The notes under the pieces were generated by a model that saw nothing but the letters and a program-made list of their open reading frames with translations, was not told where the DNA came from and searched no databases. A stretch of 64,000 nucleotides of DNA, taken from a virus. The position numbers and the translations under genes are program-made. Shown here in pieces: positions 43,028-54,122 of this stretch (within the stretch, counting starts at the first letter, position 1; every line of letters begins with the position of its first letter). Location: the IMG/VR virus record IMGVR_UViG_3300017989_004886. One strand, given 5' to 3'.

Positions 43028-43790
43028 TTTTCAAAACGATCTTTAATTGCTCTATTAATTGCTGAATATTAGATTTAACTTCTTTAGCAGTAAATCTTAA
43101 AACTTCCCAACCTCTACTTCGTGACCAAGCATCTCTTCTTTGGTCAATTTTCTTAACTTTTTCTTGTAAATGGGTTCCGCCGTCAATCTCCACATCTAAT
43201 TTAATCTCTGGGAAAGCAAAATCATACTCATAAAGACCAACTTGATATTTATACACCCAACCTACAATATTGTTTTCTTCCAAAGATTCCATAAATCTTT
43301 TTTCTGGATAACTCATTTTTGAGGAATGATTTAACCTATAAGGTATTTTATCAGGATGTTTCTTAAGGTATTCTATTCGCGATTTCGATATGCGGTCTTT
43401 TGTTTCTTGAGGATGTTTCTTTCCTTTAAAAGAAGGTTTATTTCTACCAGATTTATAGCCCTCATGACATGCCGTTGCATATCTTTTTACTCGTTCATCT
43501 GTTTCTTTTGTTAAACCTTTATTCCAAGCCTGCTTATCACCCTTCTTTGGATTAAATTTTTGTCCTTCTTTTGTATGCATTCTCCAAACATGACTGCCTA
43601 TGCCTTTCTTTGAAAATTCTTTATTACAATCTGGACACTTATACTTTCCATTAGGTTGTTTCCATTTTTCTTTAACTCTATTTGAATTTTTAGCTTTTCC
43701 ATCACAAACTTTGAAATGTTTTTCAAAGTTAGAATTTGTTATTAATCGGCCGCACTTAGTACACGATTTTCTAGGACGTGGTTTAGCCAT
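42993..43790 (-). CDS. Zinc finger + NUMOD3-like + DUF559/Vsr-like PD-(D/E)XK homing-type endonuclease
   Basis: CPDC..H....H, AWNKGLTKETD, FKGKKH..ETK..IS, YDFAFP..EIDG..H..D..RD..GWEVLRF. Confidence 0.85.
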   Translation of the reverse strand: MAKPRPRKSCTKCGRLITNSNFEKHFKVCDGKAKNSNRVKEKWKQPNGKYKCPDCNKEFSKKGIGSHVWRMHTKEGQKFNPKKGDKQAWNKGLTKETDERVKRYATACHEGYKSGRNKPSFKGKKHPQETKDRISKSRIEYLKKHPDKIPYRLNHSSKMSYPEKRFMESLEENNIVGWVYKYQVGLYEYDFAFPEIKLDVEIDGGTHLQEKVKKIDQRRDAWSRSRGWEVLRFTAKEVKSNIQQLIEQLKIVLKRADEPGLAEGT

Positions 43791-45088
43791 CTTTTCATAA
43801 CCTCGCAATGCTTTACCAACTAAACTACAAAGTTACGAAATCATTAGTAAAATATTATCGCTAAACTGCCGACCCAGAACATCTTCTTCTGATGCCTTGA
43901 ATAATTTGTTTAATTCTTCAAAATTGTCTGGAATCTCAAGATTCATCTGAAAACTTCCTGTCTTCTGAAAATTTGGTTGAGGAAATTAAATCTTTTTGAA
44001 TGCATACTTGATGCTGCACCCCACGGTCTGTATGGACAAGATCAAGGAGGTCTTCCTGATCTAAAACAACGGTACCTTCAAAAACACGATCATCTTTTAG
44101 AGAAACACGAACATATTTTCCTACTGAAGAAGGTTCTCGCACATCTTTAATAAAATGGTTTCCAGATTCCCAAGGTTTATAAAATGCACATTCAGTAATA
44201 GACCGATGCCCATCCTCCCATGCCTCTTTTCGTTCAAAATCTACCCACAATGGAGTATAATTCTCATATCTGTATTCACCATTTGGATGTGGAGGACGAA
44301 GGTTACAACGTCCTGAATACTGCATTGTTGGCCCAGTAAGAACCTTACAAGGTTCAAGTTTTGGTAGGTGCATACAAGTTAAACATAAAGATCTCGCTCC
44401 TGAATCTTCTGTTTTTGGTTCAGACACTTCTCTGTCACTTTCAACTCTAAAGGTTGATTCTGGTAATTCTACAAGTTCACCAGCATCTTCCGGAACTCGA
44501 CCTGCATGTCTTTCGCATAGAAAAGTATAAGTGCTAGCACTAATTAAACAATGTGTAGCCGAATTCTGGCATGGAAAACCTTTTTCTAAAAAATACTGCT
44601 TTTCTTTATCGATAATTTGATAATCCCGTTCATCGCACATACATTCGTGCTTTTCTGGTGGCCAACCTGGTTTAGGCCAATGGATTTTAACCATGTGCTG
44701 TTTCCCCTATACTTTCACTAAATCTTTAGCTTTGACACGAATCTCTGGGCAAGCCGGATATTCAACAAAAGTCACTTCAGCAGTCTTAAAATGACGAATG
44801 CAAACTTCACCTAACTTGCCCTTATGTTTTCCTTTGGTGATACGAACCTTATCACCGATCTGGAAGTCTTTTGCTTTCATTTTGATATCTCTCATATTCA
44901 AATTCTTCTTTACATCCCTGACACTTTGGGCCAACTATCTGTGCGATACAAGACACAGGATTTCCACAAACTTTACATTTCTTATCTTCTACATCAGCAT
45001 CAGCCCAAACCTCTTGGCAAATGCTACAAGACCATAACTCTTTAAGAAATTCATCAAATTTCAAAATTAAGTCCTTATAAGTATTTAG

Positions 45089-45394
45089 TGCGCGAGGCGG
45101 GAATCGAACCCGCACGGGCGATTAAGCCCAGCGGATTTTCTTACCACTACAGCTTTCGCTGCCAGTTTAAAAACTGTTTGTGGTCTGGACTTTCTCTTCA
45201 CCATAGTCATCTGACCTTAGGTGCGCCCCGTAAAGTCTCTACACTCACCAAATATTCTTTGGTTAGCTCGGGATTACCATCAGCATTACCTGTTAAGGCT
45301 TCCCCGAATTAGGGGCGTCCACTTCACATGTTTCCATATGAAGGCTCAAATTAGAGCACCAAGTCCGCTGTGTCTTCCTTTCCACCACTCGCGC
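45089..45394 (-). tRNA. trnL: tRNA-Leu(UAA), intron-containing (exons 45361-45394 and 45089-45139)
   Basis: Spliced arm GCGGA-CT T^AA AA-TCCGC; GCGCGAG/CTCGCGC acceptor; GCGGG-TTCGATT-CCCGC. Confidence 0.93.
45140..45360 (-). ncRNA. Group I intron (IC3-like), 221 nt, no ORF
   Basis: U before 5' splice site, terminal G; P AATTCGGGGAA, Q AATCCCGAGC, R GTAGAGACT, S AAGAGAAAGTCC. Confidence 0.9.
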
Positions 45395-45399
45395 AAAAA

Positions 45400-45969
45400 T
45401 TAACTCTTTGGCCCATCTTTTTCATAGTCAAAATCATCGTCACCTGGAACAACTTCTTCTCCACAAATCTTACATTTATTACTCTCGGTTATCTGATGAG
45501 TATACTTGATATATTTACATTTTTTGCAATAAAATACAGGTTCTACTTCTTGAGGAACATCTGCATATGGGTCAAAATCGTCGTCATCAGCATCATCGTC
45601 ATGTGATGATCGAGTGACTGCCAAACAAACGGCAGTCATATTTTCCATAATCAAATACTCTGGCATATCTCCAGTATCAATACGCTGAATACATTCAACG
45701 AACTCTTCTTTTCGAGAACGAAGAACGGCCATATACTTCTGGCAGGTCTTAAAGATATCTTCATAAATAGGATCCAATACTTTCTTCGCATGTTCCCCTG
45801 ATTCATAAAGTTTGTCCCACTTAGCCAACCTTTCAATAGCATTTCCAAGTTTAAAAACCATCTTTAGGATAGGTTCTTCCAAGAATTCAGCAAAGTCAAC
45901 CGGAGTATCTTCTTCAGACGCCTTGAAAAGTTTATTGAGCGCTTCGAAATTATCTGGAGTTTTCATCAA
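45400..45969 (-). CDS. Hypothetical protein with acidic tract and C-terminal zinc ribbon
   Basis: CKKC..CKIC; N-terminus duplicated at 43833-43946. Confidence 0.6.
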   Translation of the reverse strand: MMKTPDNFEALNKLFKASEEDTPVDFAEFLEEPILKMVFKLGNAIERLAKWDKLYESGEHAKKVLDPIYEDIFKTCQKYMAVLRSRKEEFVECIQRIDTGDMPEYLIMENMTAVCLAVTRSSHDDDADDDDFDPYADVPQEVEPVFYCKKCKYIKYTHQITESNKCKICGEEVVPGDDDFDYEKDGPKS

Positions 45970-46478
45970 ACTCTCTCTTTATTTTTTCGAGTTTCTCGAC
46001 AGTCTTCTTAAGGGCTGGAAGATGTTCCCAACCAAGCTGAATAGCATCATCTGTGAAAGCATCTGTGATAGTGAAAAAATGGGTTTCAGCTTCCGTTCTT
46101 AAGAACTCGCCTTCTTTAAACTTCTTGAACATCTAAAAATCTTCCAATAATGCGTTTAATTGTCTCATTATATGATTGATTCTTAGAATCAATCAAAGTC
46201 GTTTCTAGATCTTTTAATAGACCAGAAAGATTTTCTTTGGGAACATGCTTCTTAATGATATCAATAATCTTGTCGACTGTTTTGTACGGAGATGCCATAA
46301 TTTACAAACGTTTCCAATTGCCTTTACTTACAAATCTCACCTTACAAATGGCACAATGACCCCTCTCAGGTATACTTGCAACATGTTCACAGGGCCATCT
46401 AATTAAACCAATGCGAAATAACCAATACTTAATGAAGCCTCTTATCTTATCTATTATACATAGGATGTATTAATTTGT

Positions 46479-47378
46479 TTACAAAAGATTATGGTGTTTC
46501 CGAACTATCTGATTAATGTCTCGTAATGCCTGCACTGCAGCATCTGGATTCACTACTTCCTCACTTAAATTTCCATAATGCTCCTCGAGACAATGCAAGA
46601 GTAAATTCTTAATTTTTTGTTCGTTCGGTGAATAGGGAATCTTACTTTCTTCATATAATCTTTCTAAAGCATGTTCTTTTTCAGCTGCCCATTTTTCTAC
46701 GTCATCCTGAGATATTTCACCTCGTCGAATGGCCTTGAGGTGCTCTCGATGCCGCATAAGATCCATATTCCCCTCACTCAAGATTTGTTCAACCTCAAGA
46801 AGCAAGCGAACGACATGATGACCGAACTTCACATCCCATCCATATTTTTCGCGAATCTTCTCACGCTTGCTGCCTTTCTCAGGATTCTTGCCCCTTGCTT
46901 TATGAAGTTGGGAGTAGGCGTAGCCTTTAAAGCGATGCCAACACCCTTTATGTAGAAAATCTTTTCTAGCGTCTCTCACCATATTACCTACTCTAGTGAT
47001 TTTCAGGATGCAAGCATCTGGGGCAAACAGCGAATCAAGCATATTTGGATTATTTTGCATGCATAGTTGAAAATACTTAACGATATTATAGATTGTCAAA
47101 TCATAAATCTTTCCGGCTTCGGAATCTTCGATATGATGTTTCTGGTATTGTTCAAATCTTTTCTTCTGGAGTCCAAATCCGATGATCTCCCCACGCAAGT
47201 GCGGAAAAATAACATCCTTAGATGGAATACAAAAGCCACTCACATCCATATCTGAAAGATCATCTGAAACCCCATACATAACACTTCCAACCACAACTTC
47301 ATATTGAGTCGCAGATTCAACTGCTTTCGGAACTTGTGCGAGCCCACGTGAAGTTACTCGCTGTACAATACTAGACAT
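46479..47378 (-). CDS. Predicted nucleotidyltransferase (Pol-beta superfamily, YcgL/RlaP-like)
   Basis: VGS..YG.....SD.D..G, NPN.LD.LF, FKGYAYSQ, H..RLL. Confidence 0.85.
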   Translation of the reverse strand: MSSIVQRVTSRGLAQVPKAVESATQYEVVVGSVMYGVSDDLSDMDVSGFCIPSKDVIFPHLRGEIIGFGLQKKRFEQYQKHHIEDSEAGKIYDLTIYNIVKYFQLCMQNNPNMLDSLFAPDACILKITRVGNMVRDARKDFLHKGCWHRFKGYAYSQLHKARGKNPEKGSKREKIREKYGWDVKFGHHVVRLLLEVEQILSEGNMDLMRHREHLKAIRRGEISQDDVEKWAAEKEHALERLYEESKIPYSPNEQKIKNLLLHCLEEHYGNLSEEVVNPDAAVQALRDINQIVRKHHNLL

Positions 47379-48884
47379 TTCGATCCTTCCTTGAACAACC
47401 CCCAAATTTTTCAAATGGACAATTTTTAATTTTGTCTCCAAGTTTCACTGGATTCATATGAAGAGGCAAAGAGTGCTCGGTGTCAATAAAAGTGATCTTT
47501 CCCTTAAAATGTCGAAGGAAATCTAAAGACAGATTTGTTTTTGGGGTGACTCCCGAGTAGAACTGTTTAAATAGATCCAGATTGATCATCTTCTTTGACA
47601 TCTGTCTCCTCCACTCCTGGACAAAAAAGATTTGCCCAACAATCCTTGCAAATGTTTTTGCCTTGTCTAGCCAAAAACAATTTTTCTATTAAACGTCTGT
47701 GTTGATCTTTTTTATACTGTTTTTCCTTGATCTCGCAACAAATAAAATCAGGACAGTCTTGTCCATCTTCTGGATCTCGTCTACCATGTAGATCACATTG
47801 ACCAACATTTAAATAGCAACCGCAGTCTCCAGGCTTAAAATCATAGTAATAGCAAAAATCGCAACAATGGTTTAAAACACATTCAGCACTACAAAAACGA
47901 GAAGTATCAAAGCCCTCCTGCTCAATCTGGTCTATTTCTTCATAATAGTCTTTAGGTTCTTGGTCTTTCATGAAGTGTTCTCTTTCTTAGGATTAACCTG
48001 CCAACTGTTCGTACCATATTCTACTGCCCAATCAATTGCCCCATAGACCATTTCATGATCGACTGTTGGGTCTTCTTTCTCAACAATCTCAAAACTTGCC
48101 TCAGCTAAGGTCTCTTCTGAAAAATCGTCTAGATCATCCAGTTTGTTCCACCTCAAAAAATCTCTATAAGCAATATCGTTTGCGCCCTGCCATTTAAATT
48201 CAGATTCCCACTTTTCTAATAATTCTACTGCTCTTCTTTCAATCTCTTGAGGAGATTCTTTGAGATCATCAACCCAAACTGAATAAGGTGAAATCTCAAA
48301 TCTCTCACCACTATGAATCATGAATCTTCTCATCATGAGCCTCTTAAATTAACTCCCAAACCTTAGTGCCTTCCTTAATTTTAAAATCAAAAGTATAAGG
48401 GTTTTCTTTTAAAACTTTAGTTACTCTAGTTCTTTGTTCATCTAAATCATAGACAATTTCTTGCGTTTTCATAGGCCCATTTTGAAGTAATAAAACCCGA
48501 ATTTGATCAAATAGTTCTTCGTTTTTCACAATGCTCTAACCTTAAACGTATCTCGTTTCTCATGAAGATGAAACAAAGGATCTTCTGGAAGATGAAAATT
48601 GAATTTTAATCATTGATTCCCTCGAAGTATTGCTTGCAAGATTCATTCAATTCATCAGTTTGCTTAGCAGCATTCAACAAACTGTAGGCCAACTTACGAG
48701 CCTCTAAGGCCGTCAAATCAATCTGGGCCTTTTTCACATGCCCATGAATTGAAATTCCAGGTCTGACCCCCTCGAGCAAAAAGACCACTCTATCATTTAC
48801 GCACAAAAGCACATCTGGACCGTCACCCCAAGTACAAGATGCGCTTAACTCATTTCCCATAACTATTATCTCTCAAAATCATAA

Positions 48885-48958
48885 CACCCTGAGCAGGACT
48901 CGAACCTGCAACCCCTGGATTAGAAATCCAGTACTCTCTCCAATTGAGCTACCAGGGC
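48885..48958 (-). tRNA. tRNA-Arg(UCU)
   Basis: Cloverleaf; CTGGA-TTTCTAA-TCCAG. Confidence 0.92.
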
Positions 48959-49397
48959 TATTGACCAAATGTATCTTTAAATGCTTCGTGAAGTACATTA
49001 AATTCTATTACAGTGAGTCTATTTTTAAGACGATTTAAAATCTTCTTTTTAATGTGATACTCTTTCATTTCTTTTTGATAAATTTCTAGCACTTGAGTGC
49101 GATACCAAGCAACAAACAACTTTTTCAGCCAACAACCTGTGCCAGAACAACTCCTACAAGTGAGATACCATTAGCTAAAGCACATGGCTTTCTTTGTTTT
49201 GATCTTGTAATTTGATTCATAAAAGCATGTTCCCCAAGCCCAGGTTGAAAAGATAGAGAGGTAATCTTACCATATCCGTCACAGTGAACACAAGGGTATT
49301 TACCATCTTTTGGAAGTCTTCCAAGACTTCTAAAAACACGAGCCTCTTCTAAATTTTTGTAGGTTTTCTGTGGTTTTTTAATTTTTAAAGCTTTCAT
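48958..49397 (-). pseudogene. DnaJ-type zinc-finger protein gene interrupted by a 101-bp element
   Basis: Removing 49160-49260 restores a 112-aa ORF with CVHCDGYG-KIT-CRSCSGTG. Confidence 0.8.
49160..49260 (-). mobile_element. Non-autonomous IS200/IS605-like mini-element
   Basis: Inserted 3' of TTAC, no clear target duplication, subterminal GC-TTTA-GC hairpin, ends TCAC. Confidence 0.75.
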
Positions 49398-49804
49398 TTT
49401 TTGGATCCCAAGAAGGATGCCCACAAATCTGTTTGATATCTGAAGAACCGCATTTTACACAAGTACCATTCCAGGTGTGGGGATGATGTTCAAAAACATT
49501 AAATTCTGTTTTGCATTTATTACAAACAAAAATAGGTTCTTGATTACACATCTATTTGTGTTCCTCAAAACTAAATGAAAACTTATCAGGTAGATTATCA
49601 ATAACCTTAAAAGTGTACCATTTGTTAAAACATTCTTTGCAAAGAGGCACTACTGTATAGTTACCATGAAATTGCAGAATCTCTGCTCTATTTGTACATT
49701 TGCCATTCGCACATTTCCGAATTTCTGACCAAGATTTCCCACAAATTCGTTTAGCCATTTCAGAACGATAATCATAAAAAACCATTTAAAAAGCCTTTCA
49801 AATT

Positions 49805-50083
49805 TTAAATAGATTGGGTTGTTTCACAGACAACCCAATCTATCATTTCTTTAAAAAATTTCAATTTCTGATTGTGCGAAAGTTTTTTGATCCTTGCTTC
49901 ATATTTAGAAGCTATAGAACGATTTTCAACTTTAAAAGAATCTATTAATTTTACAGGACGTCTGCTTCTCGTATACTTACTCCCTGTGCCATTGTTATGC
50001 TGTATTAATCGTTTATTTAGATTTTTTGTGATACCTGTATAGTAAGTTCCGTCTCTGCATTCGAGTAAATAAACAAAATACAT
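49805..50083 (-). CDS. Small GIY-YIG nuclease (UPF0213-like)
   Basis: YFVYLLEC.DGTYYTGIT..L..RL.QHN.G.GSKYTR..RPV. Confidence 0.9.
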   Translation of the reverse strand: MYFVYLLECRDGTYYTGITKNLNKRLIQHNNGTGSKYTRSRRPVKLIDSFKVENRSIASKYEARIKKLSHNQKLKFFKEMIDWVVCETTQSI

Positions 50084-51169
50084 AATCAAAAGGCAGGAAG
50101 ATGCAAGCTAAGCTATGAGCCCTAAGGCTCATAGTCCCGGTTATATCTCCCGGACACCCTCCTGTCTTTAAAATTGCACTCATTTTGTTTAGGTCCGAAG
50201 ACTGCTTTAAAATCTTCCCCAATAGATTTCCAATCTGAAGCAAGGGCTTCTTGATTTGTTCTATTTAAAATGCTATGGACATTTGGGTTGTGAAGGCCAC
50301 CCGAAAGATCAAAAAGCGAACCTATACCTTTAAAGAAATCTCTTATTTTCTGCATTATTTAAATCTCTTAAATTCTAACATTTATTTTACAAAGATTTAA
50401 CGTTTTAGCCAATGGAGATGTTCAGAAATCTCGTTTGCTTTAACAATCTTATGTGAACTCATCTCTTCGTATATGTGAGATCCCCAAACTCTAATAACTT
50501 CAACTATACCATCTAGATTAAGCCAAATAGAAAGTTTCTTCTTGTTGAGCCAAACTTCTAAAATTGTTTCTTTTTCCTCAGTGGTAGAGATGAAGAATTC
50601 TAAGTTCTCATCTTTTAAAATTTTCTGTATAATTTCTAACATTGTGAATCTCTGGTATTAGCCAAAATGTTAATGGTCAAATCATCGGATAAGTTGTATG
50701 TCCAGAATGAATAATTTGAAGACGCAAAGTGATAGAATGCACAGAGCCAAAAGGAAGTACAATAACAACCCCATTGTCTCCTTCGCGATAACAATCAAAT
50801 TTAATTTCTTCATCTATTCGAGCAAAATAACTTGCTAAAAAATTCTTAAGTTCTAAAATGAAAGATATATAGAAGGTTGGCTTCATTAGAAGACCTTCAT
50901 AGCGATTAAAAAACTCATTAAGATCTTTCTTGAATTTTTCTAAGCCTGCACTTAGAAAAATTTCATAACGAGCTTCAGGTGTTAAAGGATTTGGATTTTT
51001 AAGTGTGTTCACTGTCCAAATACCTTAAAAAAGCAGTTGCGATTTCTTTCTTTATCAAAAGGTGTGCTTCATGGTCGTTGAAATCACCAATACGATGTTT
51101 GGTTGCTTCTTATATGATTTCTTGGACTTCTTTTTTGATTTGTTCACGGTTCATGAATGCCCTCCTAAT

Positions 51170-51256
51170 TGGTGGAGGCGGCGGGAATCGAACTCCCAAG
51201 GGCTATTAACCCCGGCTGTTTTCAAGACAGCTGCCTTACCGTTAGACTACACCTCC
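51170..51256 (-). tRNA. tRNA-Ser(UGA), CCA encoded, imperfect T stem
   Basis: GCTGT-CTTGAAA-ACAGC; long variable arm. Confidence 0.85.
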
Positions 51257-51464
51257 GTTTTCAATCTTCTAATAACATGATTAACGTTTTTAAGACCTTC
51301 GTATAAATTATAAGTAGTTCTTATAGCAGGTAAAAGCATACGATTTTCTTTTGCAATCCTGATAATAGGTTCTTGGCCGACTTCTCGAAGTTGTTCTTTG
51401 AAAAAATCAGATTGTTTCTGGTCTTCTGCGTAAAGAACTAAGATTTCCATTATCATCTCCTATC

Positions 51465-51540
51465 TGGTACCGGGGCCGGTCACGATCCGGCACTTCTGGC
51501 GTATGAAACCAGCGTGCAGAGCCAACTACACCACCCCGGC
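51465..51540 (-). tRNA. tRNA-Met(CAU), CCA encoded, atypical T arm
   Basis: CTGGT-TTCATAC-GCCAG; T loop ATCGTGA. Confidence 0.8.
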
Positions 51541-51811
51541 TTATGTTTTGCTCGTTGAAATATTTCGAGTTATTCGATTCAACCATAACTGAATACCCGC
51601 TTTTTGCATCTCTAACAAATGATGGAGTTCTTTTAACAAATCCTCATAGTCTCTCTTATATGATACGACCAAGATACTCTCGTCATAACCTAGATGTAAA
51701 CTGTAACCTTTTACAGCATGATGATTAACAATGTAACCCGCTGTTTCAGTACCTTCTATTGGATAAGGTAGTTTAATGGGTGTAAGATCAGCGTTCATTA
51801 GTACCTCCTAA

Positions 51812-51884
51812 AGCTCCCAGTCGGAATCGAACCAACAACCTACGCCTTACAAAGACGCCGCTCTGCCAGTTGAGCTATGGGAGC
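51812..51884 (-). tRNA. tRNA-Thr(UGU)
   Basis: Cloverleaf; GCGTC-TTTGTAA-GGCGT. Confidence 0.92.
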
Positions 51885-52662
51885 GTGATCTTTAAAGTAA
51901 ATTAAAGCGATCTTTAACAACTTTACCATTTAAGATAATTAAATCAGCTTGATACTGTACTCTTGTTGGAAGATTTTTTAAAGACAACTTCGGGCCGGAT
52001 CTCGAATAAACTTTACAAGTTTTCATTTGAGCCTCTTTTTAATCTTTAAATTCTACAAAGGCGGCATCATGGTAGCCTTGTTTTAAAGCAGACTCTGAAA
52101 TAAGAATAATTCGTGAATTCTCGCACCAAATTTCTCTAGTTGAAACCTTGTCTAAAGTATAACCCATTTCTCTTAAAACTGATAAAAGCATTGGCTGAAT
52201 GAATGAGATTCTTTCCCAAATAGGAACCACACATACAATAGTTTCCTCGCCAAGACCAACCAAACCAGCAACTGTATGACAATCGTCAAAGGTTTTTCCA
52301 TTTCGACGAATACATGGATTTTTGTCTTGATGTAGTTGATCAAGATCAGTCTTCAATCTCATCCTCCTTTGAAGGAGCTCCGCCATGACCATTAGAACAT
52401 ACAATTCCAGATGGTGTTTTAAATTGGGATTCACCACAAACAGAACAGTGAGTGCCAGTGTAGTCTAAGGATAAAGAGGGTTCACCGGAAGCAAAATTAT
52501 GCTGATCTTTATCTAAATGCCATCTTTGAATAAACTTTGTGAGAAGAATATCAAACTCCCTACAAAAAGAACTTCGAACACTTGAAGTATACCTCAAAGC
52601 ATATTTTAATTCATCTAAAATCTGAACAAGTTGTTGATTCTTCTGGATTGGTTCTATATACA

Positions 52663-52971
52663 TTAATTGACTCTTTCAATATTCACAACCTTACCAAAAA
52701 CATTATTTATTGAAGTCCATCCATTCAAATGTCCTTTATTATTACCAATAAGAACCTGGCCTTTTCGAAGACCTTTAACTAAATGCAAATAATCATTCCC
52801 ATTCACGCGAACTAGTACAATGTCTCCTCGAGTTAAAGTTAGTGGGTCACATGGAACTAATGTTACATTATCTCCACTAGAAATCTTTGGTTCCATTGAA
52901 GAACCTTTAGGTTTTATTGCAATTGTTTGCCCATTTTTAAGTGCTTCAATTGCGTGAAGTGCCCAACTCAT
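52663..52971 (-). CDS. S24/S26 peptidase-like protein
   Basis: GSSMEP.I.SGD, RGDIVL, YLHLV. Confidence 0.75.
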   Translation of the reverse strand: MSWALHAIEALKNGQTIAIKPKGSSMEPKISSGDNVTLVPCDPLTLTRGDIVLVRVNGNDYLHLVKGLRKGQVLIGNNKGHLNGWTSINNVFGKVVNIERVN

Positions 52972-53218
52972 TTTTCTTTCTTATCCACCATCAACCCAAG
53001 TAGACTCAATACATACTCTTTAGATACTTTACTTGTGATGAACAAATCAAAAACGCAGTAACTTACAACAAAACAAAAAATAGTAGTTTCAGTTAATTTA
53101 GAAATTTCTGAAGTGATAGATACAAAATCTGCGACAGAATATTGGTTCTCATCTATTCGAACACTTAAATGTAGCCGCCGCAAGTTTTAATCTCTAAAAT
53201 ACTCTTTTGACCCATTTA

Positions 53219-53292
53219 TCGGGGCGACTGAATTTGAATCAGCGACCTCCTGGTCCCAAACCAGGCGCTCTGCCAAGCTGAGCTACGCCCCG
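53219..53292 (-). tRNA. tRNA-Pro(UGG)
   Basis: CGGGGCG acceptor; CCTGG-TTTGGGA-CCAGG. Confidence 0.92.
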
Positions 53293-53311
53293 TCTATAAC
53301 ATTATACAAAG

Positions 53312-53340
53312 AACAAGACCAGATGTTTACTGGTCTTATT
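53312..53340 (-). terminator. Terminator-like hairpin related to 57076-57107
   Basis: AAGACCAG/CTGGTCTT stem after ORF 53361-53624. Confidence 0.6.
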
Positions 53341-53360
53341 GAATGTTCGCTATTGAATGT

Positions 53361-53624
53361 TTAGTCTTCACCTGTGAAAACTTGTTCACCTTTTTGTTTT
53401 AGAACTGTATTATTATACCACATGGCCATGCCACGTACTGACGCGTCATTGCTTTTCATGGCTTTTTCAACGCAGGATTTACAAGGACCTTCAAAACCTT
53501 GCCGTTTGCAATATGTAGTGAATCTTCCTTCTTTAAGATCCTTAGGCCAACCATCATCTTTGGCTTTCTTAGATAATTGCTTTAAATTAAGAGCAATCTT
53601 TTTGAGTTCTCTAATGGGATTCAC
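53361..53624 (-). CDS. Small basic protein with N-terminal LKKIA motif
   Basis: MNPIRELKKIALNLKQLSKKA. Confidence 0.6.
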   Translation of the reverse strand: MNPIRELKKIALNLKQLSKKAKDDGWPKDLKEGRFTTYCKRQGFEGPCKSCVEKAMKSNDASVRGMAMWYNNTVLKQKGEQVFTGED

Positions 53625-53636
53625 TAGATAGATCTT

Positions 53637-54122
53637 TTAAAAATTTGAAAGACCCATTTGACGACGCTCTTCCATTCGCTCTTCATAATCAGATGGGACA
53701 TAGTAATCAATTTCCTTGGTTTCTTCTCTATCTATTTTTGTTTCTTCTTCGACCTCCTTAACCCAATTTTTGAAACCTTTGTCTATACCGTCTAAAATTT
53801 CTTCCGCGGATACTAAAATTGTCTCTTTTTCGCCTACAGTGTATATATTCGGATGATCATACGCCTCGAGTGGGTCATCACCGTAAGTTATTAAAGCATT
53901 TGTCCCTTCTTCTGATTCTATTGCTTCTTGAACTTCATCTGAAGTTACTTTTTTGCCTTCTGAAACATGATCGTCTTCCTGATAGAGGAAATACCACTGA
54001 TTGCCTCTTTTTACATATGTATGTGTACAAATAGGAGTATCAATAACAACCCAAGTTGTTTTGATTGGATCAAAATTTGCTAGCTGTGCAGCAAGTTTTT
54101 TAAGTGCCTTGATTGTATTCAT
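53637..54122 (-). CDS. Acidic protein with N-terminal LKKLA motif
   Basis: MNTIKALKKLAAQLA. Confidence 0.6.
   Translation of the reverse strand: MNTIKALKKLAAQLANFDPIKTTWVVIDTPICTHTYVKRGNQWYFLYQEDDHVSEGKKVTSDEVQEAIESEEGTNALITYGDDPLEAYDHPNIYTVGEKETILVSAEEILDGIDKGFKNWVKEVEEETKIDREETKEIDYYVPSDYEERMEERRQMGLSNF

Noticed and set aside
45088-45403. Plus-strand ORFs 45088-45312 and 45221-45403
   Set aside because: Antisense shadows of the tRNA and intron
49125-49424. 99-aa ORF as a real protein
   Set aside because: Its C-terminal half is read-through into the 101-bp insertion in a shifted frame
51465-51540. Initiator tRNA-fMet
   Set aside because: Lacks three consecutive G:C pairs in the anticodon stem and the C1:A72 mismatch
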